From an uncultured Flavobacterium sp. (GTDB taxonomy: Bacteria; Bacteroidota; Bacteroidia; Flavobacteriales; Flavobacteriaceae): a DNA stretch of 64,000 nt. Of this stretch, positions 48,801 to 58,494 are shown piece after piece. A program made the translations under genes and the position numbers. The notes below the pieces were generated by a model. It was given only the letters and a program-made list of their open reading frames with translations. It made no database searches and had not been told where the DNA came from. The stretch lies in assembly GCF_963925185.1 (NCBI RefSeq), contig NZ_CAWURC010000027.1, positions 26,220 through 90,219 of the forward strand, read 5' to 3'. Numbering within the stretch: position 1 is the first letter of the stretch; each line of letters opens with the position of its first letter.

Positions 48801-50330
48801 CTATTCCCATTCAATCGTTGCAGGTGGTTTTGAACTGATGTCATACACTACTCTATTAACGCCTTTTACTTTATTTATTATATCGTTAGACACTTTCATC
48901 AAGAATTCATAAGGCAAATGAACCCAGTCAGCAGTCATCCCATCAGTAGATTCTACTGCGCGAAGTGCAACTACTTTTTCGTAAGTACGCTCATCGCCCA
49001 TTACTCCAACGCTATTTACGGGAAGCAAAATGGCTCCGGCTTGCCATACTTTATCGTACAATCCCCAAGATTTTAATCCGTCGATAAAAACTTTATCCAC
49101 ATCTTGTAAAATTTGAACTTTCTCTTCTGTAATTGCTCCAAGAATTCGAATCGATAATCCTGGTCCGGGAAAAGGATGTCTTCCTAGTAATTCTGGATCT
49201 ATTCCTAATGTTGCTCCTACTCGACGCACTTCATCTTTGAAAAGCATTCGCAAAGGCTCCACAATTTTTAATTTCATATAATCCGGTAAACCTCCCACAT
49301 TGTGGTGCGATTTTATGGTTGCCGATGGTCCTTTTACCGAAACGGATTCGATAACATCTGGATAAATTGTTCCTTGTGCCAACCATTTTACATCTTCAAT
49401 TCGGTGTGATTCAACATCGAAAACTTCGATAAAAGCGTTACCAATGGCTTTTCTTTTTAACTCTGGATCTTCAACTCCGGCCAAGGCAGCATAAAAACGT
49501 TGAGAAGCATCGACTCCTTTCACGTTCAAACCCATTCCTTCGTATTGGTCTAAAACACTTTGAAATTCATTTTTTCGAAGCAAACCGTTATTCACGAAAA
49601 TGCAATACAAATTTTTTCCAATGGCTTGATGCAATAAAACAGCTGCAACGGTAGAATCTACTCCGCCAGAAAGCCCAAGAACTACTTTATCGTCTTGCAA
49701 TTTCTCTTTTAATTCGGAGACCATTTCTTCGACAAAAGCATTTGGCGTGAAGTTTTGAGAAACTTCGGCAATTTTTACCAAAAAGTTTTCTAACATTTTG
49801 GATCCATCCGTGGAGTGAAAAACTTCGGGATGATATTGAATCGCATAGGTTGTTTCCCCTTCAATTTTGTAAGCGGCAAACTCCACATCGTGAGTGCTTG
49901 CTAGTTTAATTCCTCCGGCTGGTAATGCTTTGATACTATCACTATGACTCATCCAAACTTGGCTGTTTTCAGAAACACCTTCAAAGAAAACTTCATTTTC
50001 TTTTATATAGGATAAGTTGGCTCTACCATATTCTCTGGTATTAGAAGCGGCAACTTCTCCTCCGCTAAAATGGGCTAAATATTGGGCTCCGTAACATACG
50101 GCGAGTATTGGTAATTTTCCTCTAATTTGAGACAAATTAGGGTGTGGAGGGTCTTCTCCGCGAACAGAAAATGGACTTCCGCCAAGAATTACGGCTTTGT
50201 AACTTGACAAATCATCAGGAAAATGATTGTAAGGAAAAATTTCGCAGAAAATGTTTAATTCGCGAACTCTACGGGCAATAAGTTGTGTATATTGCGATCC
50301 GAAATCTAAAATAAGTACGTTGTGTTGCAT
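48801..50330 (-). CDS. guaA: GMP synthase (glutamine-hydrolysing)
   Basis: [56 protein letters not shown]. Confidence 0.98.
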   Translation of the reverse strand: MQHNVLILDFGSQYTQLIARRVRELNIFCEIFPYNHFPDDLSSYKAVILGGSPFSVRGEDPPHPNLSQIRGKLPILAVCYGAQYLAHFSGGEVAASNTREYGRANLSYIKENEVFFEGVSENSQVWMSHSDSIKALPAGGIKLASTHDVEFAAYKIEGETTYAIQYHPEVFHSTDGSKMLENFLVKIAEVSQNFTPNAFVEEMVSELKEKLQDDKVVLGLSGGVDSTVAAVLLHQAIGKNLYCIFVNNGLLRKNEFQSVLDQYEGMGLNVKGVDASQRFYAALAGVEDPELKRKAIGNAFIEVFDVESHRIEDVKWLAQGTIYPDVIESVSVKGPSATIKSHHNVGGLPDYMKLKIVEPLRMLFKDEVRRVGATLGIDPELLGRHPFPGPGLSIRILGAITEEKVQILQDVDKVFIDGLKSWGLYDKVWQAGAILLPVNSVGVMGDERTYEKVVALRAVESTDGMTADWVHLPYEFLMKVSNDIINKVKGVNRVVYDISSKPPATIEWE

Positions 50331-50333
50331 GTG

Positions 50334-50341
50334 CAAAAATA
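50334..50341 (-). promoter_or_regulatory. Sigma-A -7 element (TATTTTTG) 3 nt upstream of the guaA ATG
   Basis: Minus strand reads TATTTTTG-CAC-ATG. Confidence 0.55.
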
Positions 50342-50389
50342 CTTTTTATAATCGGGATTGAAAAATCGAATTTTGAAAAATATTCGTTT

Positions 50390-51067
50390 CTATTCTTTGG
50401 TAATAATAATAGTAGCCTTAAATCCAGTGGCGAGGTTCCATTGACTTGCCGAAATAACAACTCCTTTATCATCAAACACCCTAAATTCAGCAGTATTTGG
50501 ACCAACACTCCCTTGATTGAGAGCTTCAAAATCTATTTTGTTAAAACCCTTTTCTAGATTAATATCAAGGACTTGAAAATTCCCAGTCATATAGATTCTA
50601 GTAACAATCATTCTATCATTTTGAAACACTCGAATGGCATCGCCATCTACTTCCCCATAATCGCGATACATCACTTTTGCAGTTAACGAATTCGTTTTGA
50701 AATTGCCCAAATTTTGATTTTTTCTAAAGACAATTCCTTCTTCATTACTTGGTTTTTTATTCAACTTCTCGACAATTAAATCTCCAGGATTAACAAAATC
50801 ATTTTTTGGCGTCATTGAAAAATTATTATCAGGCACACCTATTTGAAACGAATTATCTACTTTAGGTTTTGTATTTAAAATATTAATGTTAGTAAATACA
50901 CTAGGAGTTTTAATGTCTTTATTTTCTGGCGTTTGAGGACTAATTTTTTTAGGTTTAAAATCAGTATTAAGTGGTGGAATTGCTTTAAATTTAGTACTAA
51001 ATTCACTTTGTCCAAAGCTATTTGAAGCCATACAAATTAAAAAAATAATAAATAGAATCTGTCTCAT
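50390..51067 (-). CDS. Exported hypothetical protein
   Basis: Signal peptide ending SFG-Q; C-terminal beta-rich DGD.IRV...GFNKIDFEALNQG..GPNTA domain. Confidence 0.7.
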   Translation of the reverse strand: MRQILFIIFLICMASNSFGQSEFSTKFKAIPPLNTDFKPKKISPQTPENKDIKTPSVFTNINILNTKPKVDNSFQIGVPDNNFSMTPKNDFVNPGDLIVEKLNKKPSNEEGIVFRKNQNLGNFKTNSLTAKVMYRDYGEVDGDAIRVFQNDRMIVTRIYMTGNFQVLDINLEKGFNKIDFEALNQGSVGPNTAEFRVFDDKGVVISASQWNLATGFKATIIITKE

Positions 51068-51378
51068 ATATAATTGGATATTGATAAATCAATATGTGTT
51101 GAAAAATTTAAAAATAAAAAAAACAATAGATTAAAATCACAAAAATAGCACAATTTAATTTTCTTTAACTTATTTGTTCAATTGGAAAAACATTAAGAAC
51201 CTTATTTAAGTTCAATATTTAACTGCGATTACTCAAAATTTATGCCATAAACATCTAATCCTTTCAATGAAATTTTTATTCAATTTCTTATCATATTTTT
51301 TATAAATTGCAAGCATAATATTAATTCTGGAGCTGGATTTCAACTTATTAGAAATCAACAAAATAAAAAACAATTAAA

Positions 51379-51765
51379 ATGAAAAGAGAAAACATCTTGA
51401 CTGGATCACCATGGGAAGACAAAATGGGCTATTGTCGTGCAGTTCGAATTGGCAATATCATTGAGGTTTCTGGAACAGTAGCCATTGTTGATGGAGAAAA
51501 AGTTAAGGCTAACGACGCTTATGCACAAACCTTAAATGTTCTTGAAAGAATCGAAAAAGTACTCGAAGATCTAAATGCAGAAATGAAAGATGTAATTCGC
51601 ACCCGAATATTCACCACAGATATTACAAGTTTCGAAGAAGTAGCTAGAGCACATTCTGCTTTTTTTAAGGACATAAAACCGGCAACTGGTTTTTATGAGG
51701 TTAGCAAATTAGTAGCGCCAGAATATTTGGTAGAAATCGAATTTACAGCTATCGTTTCGGAATAA
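51379..51765 (+). CDS. RidA/YjgF family protein
   Basis: GYCRAVRIG..IEVSGT, DVIRTRIF, LVEIEFTA. Confidence 0.92.
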   Translation: MKRENILTGSPWEDKMGYCRAVRIGNIIEVSGTVAIVDGEKVKANDAYAQTLNVLERIEKVLEDLNAEMKDVIRTRIFTTDITSFEEVARAHSAFFKDIKPATGFYEVSKLVAPEYLVEIEFTAIVSE

Positions 51766-51787
51766 TTTTTAAACGCAACTCTATTAA

Positions 51788-51863
51788 TTTGTCATTGCGA
51801 GGAACGAAGCTATCCTATTTTTTGCTATCGTTATGTGATAGCTTCGTTCCTCGCAATGACAAA
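51788..51863. repeat. Palindromic element, perfect 27-bp arms and 22-nt loop
   Basis: tttgtcattgcgaggaacgaagctatc / gatagcttcgttcctcgcaatgacaaa. Confidence 0.92.
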
Positions 51864-51874
51864 AATAAAAACAA

Positions 51875-53122
51875 ATGAACCTAAAAAAAACAAGCCTTCT
51901 TACTCTCAAATGGATTTTCATTTGTGCTTTAGTAGGCATTTTGTCGGGTTCAGCTTCAGCACTTTTTCTAGTTTCTCTAGAATGGGTTGCTCAAATTAGA
52001 GAACACAACATTTGGATTGTTTGGCTTTTGCCAATAGGCGGACTCCTTATAGGCTTAAGTTATTATTATTGGGGAAATGAAGTGGTAAAAGGCAATAATT
52101 TATTGCTCGAAGAATATGAAAATCCTCAGAAAACTATCCCCTTAAAAATGGTGCCTTTGGTGTTTTTGGGAACCATAATAACACATCTTTTTGGTGGTTC
52201 TGCCGGACGAGAAGGAACGGCAGTACAAATGGGCGGTGCCATTGCCGACCAATTTACAGGTTTTTTAAAACTCAATAATTCCGACAGAAGGACGCTAATA
52301 ATTCTGGGAATCAGTGCCGGATTTGCATCTGTTTTTGGAACGCCTTTGGCTGGAGCCTTGTTTGCATTGGAGGTTTTATATTTCAGTAAAATCAATTTTA
52401 AAAGTATTGCGTTGTCTTTTTTAGTAGCGTATGTTGCTTATTTCACCGTTGAATTTTGGCACGTAAAACACACACATTACCACATTCCTATTGTACCTGA
52501 AATAACTTCGAAAATTTTAATTTGGGTAATTTTAGTCAGTATTATATTTGGAATAGCATCAATGTTGTTTTCGAGAACGACTCATTTTTGGGGAAACTTA
52601 TTTTCAAAAATGATAAAACATCCACCACTACGACCGTTTGTTGGAGGAATTATTTTGGCAATTGTTTTTTATTTTATTGGCACCACAAAATATATGGGAT
52701 TGGGAATTCCTATAATTTTAGATTCCTTTTCAACACCAAATGCTAGTTATGATTTTCTACTTAAAATACTTTTTACCGGATTCACGCTTGGAGCGGGATT
52801 CAAAGGTGGCGAAGTAACTCCACTCTTCTTCGTTGGAGCGACTTTAGGAAGTGCATTATCTGTTTATGTTCCTTTACCCATTGCGCTTTTGGCAGGAATG
52901 GGCTTTGTAGCCGTTTTTTCAGGAGCAACCCACACCCCTATTGCCTGCACCATTATGGGAATAGAACTTTTCGGGTTAGAAAGTGGCTTATTCATTGGGA
53001 TTGCTTGTGCAATAGCTTACTTTTCTTCAGGTTCTGCGGGGATTTACCATTCTCAAATTGTAAAAGGGGCGAAACACAAGTTGTACCAGCGATTTAAACT
53101 AAAACATCCTATGGATTTCTAA
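51875..53122 (+). CDS. CLC-F type fluoride/proton antiporter (CLC family)
   Basis: GNNLL, GREGT and GEVTP motifs diagnostic of fluoride-selective CLCs. Confidence 0.85.
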   Translation: MNLKKTSLLTLKWIFICALVGILSGSASALFLVSLEWVAQIREHNIWIVWLLPIGGLLIGLSYYYWGNEVVKGNNLLLEEYENPQKTIPLKMVPLVFLGTIITHLFGGSAGREGTAVQMGGAIADQFTGFLKLNNSDRRTLIILGISAGFASVFGTPLAGALFALEVLYFSKINFKSIALSFLVAYVAYFTVEFWHVKHTHYHIPIVPEITSKILIWVILVSIIFGIASMLFSRTTHFWGNLFSKMIKHPPLRPFVGGIILAIVFYFIGTTKYMGLGIPIILDSFSTPNASYDFLLKILFTGFTLGAGFKGGEVTPLFFVGATLGSALSVYVPLPIALLAGMGFVAVFSGATHTPIACTIMGIELFGLESGLFIGIACAIAYFSSGSAGIYHSQIVKGAKHKLYQRFKLKHPMDF

Positions 53123-53191
53123 TATTGTAAAAGTTTGTTAAATCTTTAAATGATTTCAACATTAGACTAAAAAAATGTAAATTCGCAATCT

Positions 53192-54196
53192 ATGAAAGAA
53201 CAAGACATAAAAGCGATACAGCAGTTGTTATCAACTCCAAAAAAAATTGCCATTATCCCACATCGAAATCCTGATGGAGATGCTATGGGTTCTACCCTTG
53301 GGTTGTATCACTTTTTATTAAAAAATGGACATCAAGCTGTTGTGGTTTCTCCTAATGAATTTCCCGATTTTTTAGCTTGGATGCCTAGCTCGAACACCGT
53401 TAAAATATTTGAAAAAGATAAAATAAACTGCACCAAAATCCTCGAAGAAGCCGAACTCGTTTTTACCTTAGATTATAATGCTTTGCACCGTGTGGGCGAA
53501 ATGGAGAATATATTAAGCGAGCTAAAAGCTCCGTTTATTATGATTGACCACCATCAATCGCCGGATGATTATGCTGCATATACTTATTCGGATATTGCCT
53601 TTGGCTCTACTTGTGAAATGTTGTATAATTTTATTTGCTTTCTTGGAAAAAAATCCGACATTGACAAAACAATAGCAACCTGTATTTATACTGGAATTCT
53701 AACCGATTCAGGTTCATTTCGTTTTCCAAAAACAACAGGAACAACGCACAGAATTATAGCCGATTTGATTGATTTGGGTGTTGAAAATACCGAAATTCCA
53801 ACCTTAGTGTATGACAATAGTTCCTACGGAAGATTACAATTACTGGGAAGAGCGCTTCAAAATATGAAGGTTTTGGCAGCTCATAAAACAGCTTATACTA
53901 AGCTTACACAAGAAGAACTGAACACTTTTGACCATATTAAAGGGGACACTGAAGGAATTGTGAATTATGGATTAAGTATAAAAGGCATTGTTTTTACAGC
54001 CATTTTTATAGAAAATGCAGAAGAAAAAATTATCAAGATTTCGTTTCGTTCCCAAGGCAATTTTGATGTCAATCAATTTGCAAGAAATAATTTTAGTGGA
54101 GGTGGCCATCGCAATGCTGCCGGAGGAAAATCGGAATTATCGATGGAAGAAACTGTAAATAAATTCGAAGATCTGGTAAGCAAAATAGAAATATAA
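53192..54196 (+). CDS. nrnA: DHH family oligoribonuclease / pAp phosphatase
   Basis: HRNPDGDAMGS, IDHH, TDSGSF, ISFRS, GGGHRNAAG. Confidence 0.9.
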   Translation: MKEQDIKAIQQLLSTPKKIAIIPHRNPDGDAMGSTLGLYHFLLKNGHQAVVVSPNEFPDFLAWMPSSNTVKIFEKDKINCTKILEEAELVFTLDYNALHRVGEMENILSELKAPFIMIDHHQSPDDYAAYTYSDIAFGSTCEMLYNFICFLGKKSDIDKTIATCIYTGILTDSGSFRFPKTTGTTHRIIADLIDLGVENTEIPTLVYDNSSYGRLQLLGRALQNMKVLAAHKTAYTKLTQEELNTFDHIKGDTEGIVNYGLSIKGIVFTAIFIENAEEKIIKISFRSQGNFDVNQFARNNFSGGGHRNAAGGKSELSMEETVNKFEDLVSKIEI

Positions 54197-54202
54197 AATA
54201 GT

Positions 54203-54844
54203 ATGAAAAATAATAAATTATTGATAGTCGTACTTTCTTTCCTTTTTTTGATTTCAAGTTGCAAACAACATCAAGAAGCCAGAAGACCCATTTCACAGAC
54301 CTCGGGGAATTTTATGAAAAAATCTGCCGAAAGAAACAAGAAATTAATTGCTGGGGAGGAAGGGCAAATCGATTCGGTTATAAAAAGCAATCCTAAAGTA
54401 AAATATATTGCATCGACAAAAGGATATTGGTACACTTATATAATTCAAAATACATTAGACAGCCTGACTCCAAAAAAAGGAGACGTTGCCTTTTTTGACT
54501 ATGAAATAAAAGACATTAAAGGAAATGTAATCTATTCCGAATTCGAATTAAGGCCACAAACCTATTTAGTCGAGAAACAAAACATCATGACAGGGTTGCG
54601 AGAAGGTATAAAACTGATGCATAAAAATGAGAAAGTAATTTTCCTTTTTCCGTCGCATATTGCCTATGGCTATCATGGAGATGAAAAAAAAATAGGAACC
54701 AATCAACCCTTAATCTGTACAGTTAGACTTCATAATTTCATATCCGAAGAAGCATTTAAAAAAGAAATACAACTCAAAACTGGAACATCCCAAAAACAAC
54801 AATCAAATCTAGAAATCAAATCAATCGATTCTACAAAACAATAA
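54203..54844 (+). CDS. gldI: Gliding motility FKBP-type PPIase lipoprotein GldI
   Basis: Lipobox ISSC; EARRPIS, GLREGIKLMHKNE, FPSHIAYGYHGD. Confidence 0.92.
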   Translation: MKNNKLLIVVLSFLFLISSCKQHQEARRPISQTSGNFMKKSAERNKKLIAGEEGQIDSVIKSNPKVKYIASTKGYWYTYIIQNTLDSLTPKKGDVAFFDYEIKDIKGNVIYSEFELRPQTYLVEKQNIMTGLREGIKLMHKNEKVIFLFPSHIAYGYHGDEKKIGTNQPLICTVRLHNFISEEAFKKEIQLKTGTSQKQQSNLEIKSIDSTKQ

Positions 54845-54857
54845 AAAAAAATTAGAA

Positions 54858-55970
54858 ATGAAAAAAAGCATCTTATTTGCATTCCTCCTTTTCGCCTCAC
54901 TATATTCTTGTAAAGAGGAAAAAAACAATCTACCTGACGGATTATATGCTCAAATTGAAACTAACAAAGGAAACATAATCGTACAATTGGATTATGAAAA
55001 AGCACCTATTACTGTGGCAAACTTTGTCACTTTGGCCGAAGGAAAAAATGAATTTATCACCAATAAAAACCTTAAAAACAAACCTTTTTACGATGGATTG
55101 AAATTTCACAGAGTAATCAAAGATTTCATGATACAAACTGGCGACCCACTAGGAACAGGTTCAGGTGATACCGGTTGTAAATTTAAGGATGAGTTTACAA
55201 ATTTAAAATTTGACAAAGGTGGCGTTTTGGCTATGGCCAATAACGGTCCTGGAACCAATAGCAGCCAGTTTTTTATAACTCACGTTCAAACACAATGGCT
55301 CGAAGGCAAACACACCATTTTTGGCAATGTCGTTGAAAAAGGGATGGAAGTAGTCAACATTATTGAGCAAGGCGATTCTATGCTTAAAGTAACTATTATC
55401 AGGAACGGAAAGGCTGCAAAAAGGTTTAATGCTGTAAAAGTATTTCATGATTATTTTATTGTAGAATCGGATAATCAAAAGAAAAAACTGGAGGAAGAAG
55501 CCCTTTTAAATTTAAAATACAAAGATATATGCAATCAAAATGCGGACTATTTAACTTCTTTAAAATCAAAAGCAATAAAAACCCCAACTGGATTACAGTA
55601 CGTGATAACCAAAAAAAGTGGTGGTAAAAAACCCGCTAACAGAGCTAACATCTATATTCATTATGCCGGTTTTCTAGAAAACGGAACCCTATTTGATTCA
55701 AGTATTGAAGAAGTTTCAAAGACTTTTGGAAAATTCGACCCTAACAGGGCGGCACAAAAAGGATACCAACCCATTTCTTTTAAAGGAGGTCAAAAAGTGG
55801 GATTGATTCCTGGTTTTATCGAGGGAATCGAGAAATTATGTTTTGGCGACAAAGCCATTATCTTCATCCCTTCGAATCTTGGCTACGGCGAAGCGGGTGC
55901 TGGAAATGTAATTCCGCCTAATGCCGACATTATTTTTGAAATTGAATTATTGGAAAAAATGCCTCAATAA
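54858..55970 (+). CDS. Cyclophilin-FKBP dual-domain PPIase, lipoprotein
   Basis: Lipobox LYSC; FHRVIKDFMIQTGDP, SQFFITH, WLEGKHT; C-terminal HYAG..FDSS...IPSNLGYG. Confidence 0.92.
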   Translation: MKKSILFAFLLFASLYSCKEEKNNLPDGLYAQIETNKGNIIVQLDYEKAPITVANFVTLAEGKNEFITNKNLKNKPFYDGLKFHRVIKDFMIQTGDPLGTGSGDTGCKFKDEFTNLKFDKGGVLAMANNGPGTNSSQFFITHVQTQWLEGKHTIFGNVVEKGMEVVNIIEQGDSMLKVTIIRNGKAAKRFNAVKVFHDYFIVESDNQKKKLEEEALLNLKYKDICNQNADYLTSLKSKAIKTPTGLQYVITKKSGGKKPANRANIYIHYAGFLENGTLFDSSIEEVSKTFGKFDPNRAAQKGYQPISFKGGQKVGLIPGFIEGIEKLCFGDKAIIFIPSNLGYGEAGAGNVIPPNADIIFEIELLEKMPQ

Positions 55971-55983
55971 TTTATTAAACAGT

Positions 55984-56112
55984 AAACTACCTCGGGTCAG
56001 AGCCCAAGAGGCATTAACAAAATAACAGCCACAGATTCACAGATTTTAAAGAATCTTTTTTAATCTGTGAATCTGTGGCAAAAAAATCGAAGCAAAACTT
56101 CGAGGAATTAAA
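55984..56112. repeat. Composite REP-like cluster with central 18-bp perfect inverted repeat
   Basis: gccacagattcacagatt (56028-56045) / aatctgtgaatctgtggc (56062-56079), flanked by hairpins cctcgggtc..gcccaagagg and tcgaag-caaaa-cttcga. Confidence 0.75.
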
Positions 56113-56154
56113 CATAAAGAGATTAAAAAAAGTCATACCTTAAAATTACTCAAA

Positions 56155-57381
56155 ATGAAATCTAAAATCCTATTATTATTATTCTTGGGAATGTTGAACA
56201 TTCAGGCTCAAACAATCAAAAAACCAGTTGCAACAACAAAGAAACCTGTAACGACATCAAAAGCTACTTCTAAAGCTCCAGCTGTTGTCGAAGGAATTTT
56301 TGCAACTATTTTAACTAACAAAGGGACTATCGTTGTTCAATTAGAATATCAGAAAACGCCAATAACTGTTGCTAACTTTATCGCATTAGCAGAAGGAAAA
56401 AACACTTATGTAACTAATGAAAAATTAAAAGGAAAACCATTCTACGATGGACTCAAATTTCATAGAGTAATTGCTGATTTCATGATACAGGGTGGTGATC
56501 CATCAGGAAACGGTTCTGGCGGACCAGGTTATGCTTTTAAAGATGAATTTACAGATTTAAAATGTGACAAAGCCGGAATTTTGGCAATGGCAAATTCTGG
56601 CCCTGCTACGAATGGAAGTCAATTTTTTATCACCCATAAAGAAACCGCTTGGTTAAACGACAAACACACCGTTTTTGGTCACGTAACTCAAGGAATGGAT
56701 ATCGTAAACTTAATTGCACAAGATGATCTCATATTAAAAGTTACCATTACCCGAAAAGGGACTTTGGCTAAAGCCTTTGATGCTCCAAAAGTATTCTCAG
56801 ATTACTTTGTAAACAAAGCAGATGACGCCATAAAACAAAAATTAATTGCTGAAGAAAACCAGAAAAAACAAGATGAAATTGCCGCGGAAGCAAAAAGAGT
56901 ATATCAAGAAAAATATGCCAGTGTTATCGCTGAAAAGGCCGCTTATTTAGCCACTGCAAAATCGGAAGCCACTATAACTCCATCTGGATTAGCCTACAAA
57001 ATCACTGAAAAAGGAACAGGTATAAAACCTGCTGACGGCACAACTTTCAATTTTAACTATGCCGGTTATTTTGAAGATGGAAACTTATTTGATAGCAGTT
57101 ATGAAGGCGTTTGTAAAACTTACGGGAAACACGATGCTAATAGAGCTGCCCAAAACGGATACCGTGCTTTTCCTTTTCAAGCTGGAAAAAAAGACGGAAT
57201 GATTCCAGGTTTTCTTGAAGGATTAAGCTTATTATCGTTTGGAGACAAAGCCGTAATTTTCATCCCTTCTAATCTAGCTTATGGCGAAAGTGGTGCCGGT
57301 GGAGTGATTCCGCCAAACACAAACTTGGTTTTCGAACTAGAGATGATTGAAATACCACCTACAACCACGCAGGAAAAATAA
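56155..57381 (+). CDS. Cyclophilin-FKBP dual-domain PPIase (second paralog, cleavable signal peptide)
   Basis: NIQA-Q signal; FHRVIADFMIQGGDP, WLNDKHT; NYAGYF..FDSS...IPSNLAYG. Confidence 0.92.
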   Translation: MKSKILLLLFLGMLNIQAQTIKKPVATTKKPVTTSKATSKAPAVVEGIFATILTNKGTIVVQLEYQKTPITVANFIALAEGKNTYVTNEKLKGKPFYDGLKFHRVIADFMIQGGDPSGNGSGGPGYAFKDEFTDLKCDKAGILAMANSGPATNGSQFFITHKETAWLNDKHTVFGHVTQGMDIVNLIAQDDLILKVTITRKGTLAKAFDAPKVFSDYFVNKADDAIKQKLIAEENQKKQDEIAAEAKRVYQEKYASVIAEKAAYLATAKSEATITPSGLAYKITEKGTGIKPADGTTFNFNYAGYFEDGNLFDSSYEGVCKTYGKHDANRAAQNGYRAFPFQAGKKDGMIPGFLEGLSLLSFGDKAVIFIPSNLAYGESGAGGVIPPNTNLVFELEMIEIPPTTTQEK

Positions 57382-57394
57382 AACATACCAAGCT

Positions 57395-57433
57395 AAAAAA
57401 AGGGATTTACAAACAAAGTAAATCCCTTTTTTT
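57395..57433. terminator. Bidirectional intrinsic terminator
   Basis: Perfect 16-bp stem aaaaaaagggatttac / gtaaatcccttttttt. Confidence 0.88.
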
Positions 57434-57436
57434 ATA

Positions 57437-57877
57437 CTATTTATTTCCAAATTTCCAGTCAAATTCATCCTTAGCATTTATGATCGCGCCAATTTCGAAT
57501 TTAACAACCTCATCATATTCCGTTTGAAGGATGAACCAATTGTCCTCGTTGAAATAGTTTTCGAAAGTATCAAAATCTTCCCGAGTAAACTTAGTAATTC
57601 CTTTTGTAACCAATTCGTTTTTGACATCATTGATTTTTTTGCCAATGACCTTATGACCAAATAATTCTAAATCTGGACTCGAAGCTACGATGTAACCCAG
57701 TTTAAACTCTTCTTCCTGATAGAACGTCAAACGCATTTTTAGAGCATTGTAGGCAAAAATAATGTTGTCGTCTTCGTCCTTGTAATTCCGGTCTGGTTTA
57801 CCATAAATAGCGGCAACATCGTTCTGTTTCATTCCAAAAAGGAGTTTTTCGATCCCGTTTTTTAAGTTTATTTTCAT
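57437..57877 (-). CDS. Hypothetical protein
   Basis: 146 aa ORF with normal composition; LLFGMKQ.DV..IYGKPD motif; no function recognised. Confidence 0.75.
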   Translation of the reverse strand: MKINLKNGIEKLLFGMKQNDVAAIYGKPDRNYKDEDDNIIFAYNALKMRLTFYQEEEFKLGYIVASSPDLELFGHKVIGKKINDVKNELVTKGITKFTREDFDTFENYFNEDNWFILQTEYDEVVKFEIGAIINAKDEFDWKFGNK

Positions 57878-57890
57878 AAGTGTTTTGTTT

Positions 57891-57930
57891 CCCGCAAAGT
57901 TCGCAAAGTTTTTCGCAAAGTGGGTAAAGT
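57891..57930. repeat. CGCAAAG tandem repeat overlapping a promoter region
   Basis: cccgcaaagt tcgcaaagt ttttcgcaaagt gggtaaagt. Confidence 0.6.
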
Positions 57931-57968
57931 TTTTAATTTAAAAACAATTTGCTACTTTAGTACATTAA

Positions 57969-58166
57969 AATACTGATTATTGTGACATTTCAAAGAATCT
58001 AGTTGGATTACTTGTTTATTCTTCCAATGGAGTAGCAAATATAAATCTCCCACTTTTTTTACCAAAAAATACCTCATTTGAATTAATTGTAAATAAAAGA
58101 TTACAAGTAACACGAACCCTATATGATAATAAAGCATATCTAAATTATATTGAAATTGATAATTAA
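57969..58166 (+). pseudogene. Start-less 3' gene remnant ending just before an attC-like inverse core
   Basis: 65 open codons NTDYCDISK...YLNYIEIDN* with no ATG; followed by GCCCATAACAGCAGCT. Confidence 0.45.
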
Positions 58167-58169
58167 CCA

Positions 58170-58185
58170 GCCCATAACAGCAGCT
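58170..58185 (+). repeat. Truncated attC-like site (5' part only)
   Basis: gcccataac-agcagct 3 nt after a stop codon; same TAAC-AGC start as sites at 58495 and 59784. Confidence 0.5.
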
Positions 58186-58494
58186 ATTGTTTTAGAAGTG
58201 CCAAAAGCCAAAAAATCCTCCGTGAAGAATAGCGAACCCCTCTTGGCTTTTTTTATTTTAGCAATTACTTTATCATCAGTGCTTTGCATGGTTATATTGT
58301 TTAGTATTTGTCGCAAAAATAGTAAAAATTTGCGACAAAAAATAGCATTGAAAAGTTTTTCTGTTGGATGTTTTAATAGTTGTCTTTAAATCGTGCCAAT
58401 TATATTAAATATTTATTTTAGATATAGTACAATTTTATAAAGTCAATGAATACAATACTTTAAGTGCAAAATGGAACTGGCAGTAACAAAATGA

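Noticed and set aside
51068-51875. Fluoride riboswitch upstream of ridA-family or CLC-F genes
   Set aside because: No GATGG...AAACCGC...GCTGATGAC-type consensus seen; only a weak gatttc/gaaatc hairpin near 51336-51356
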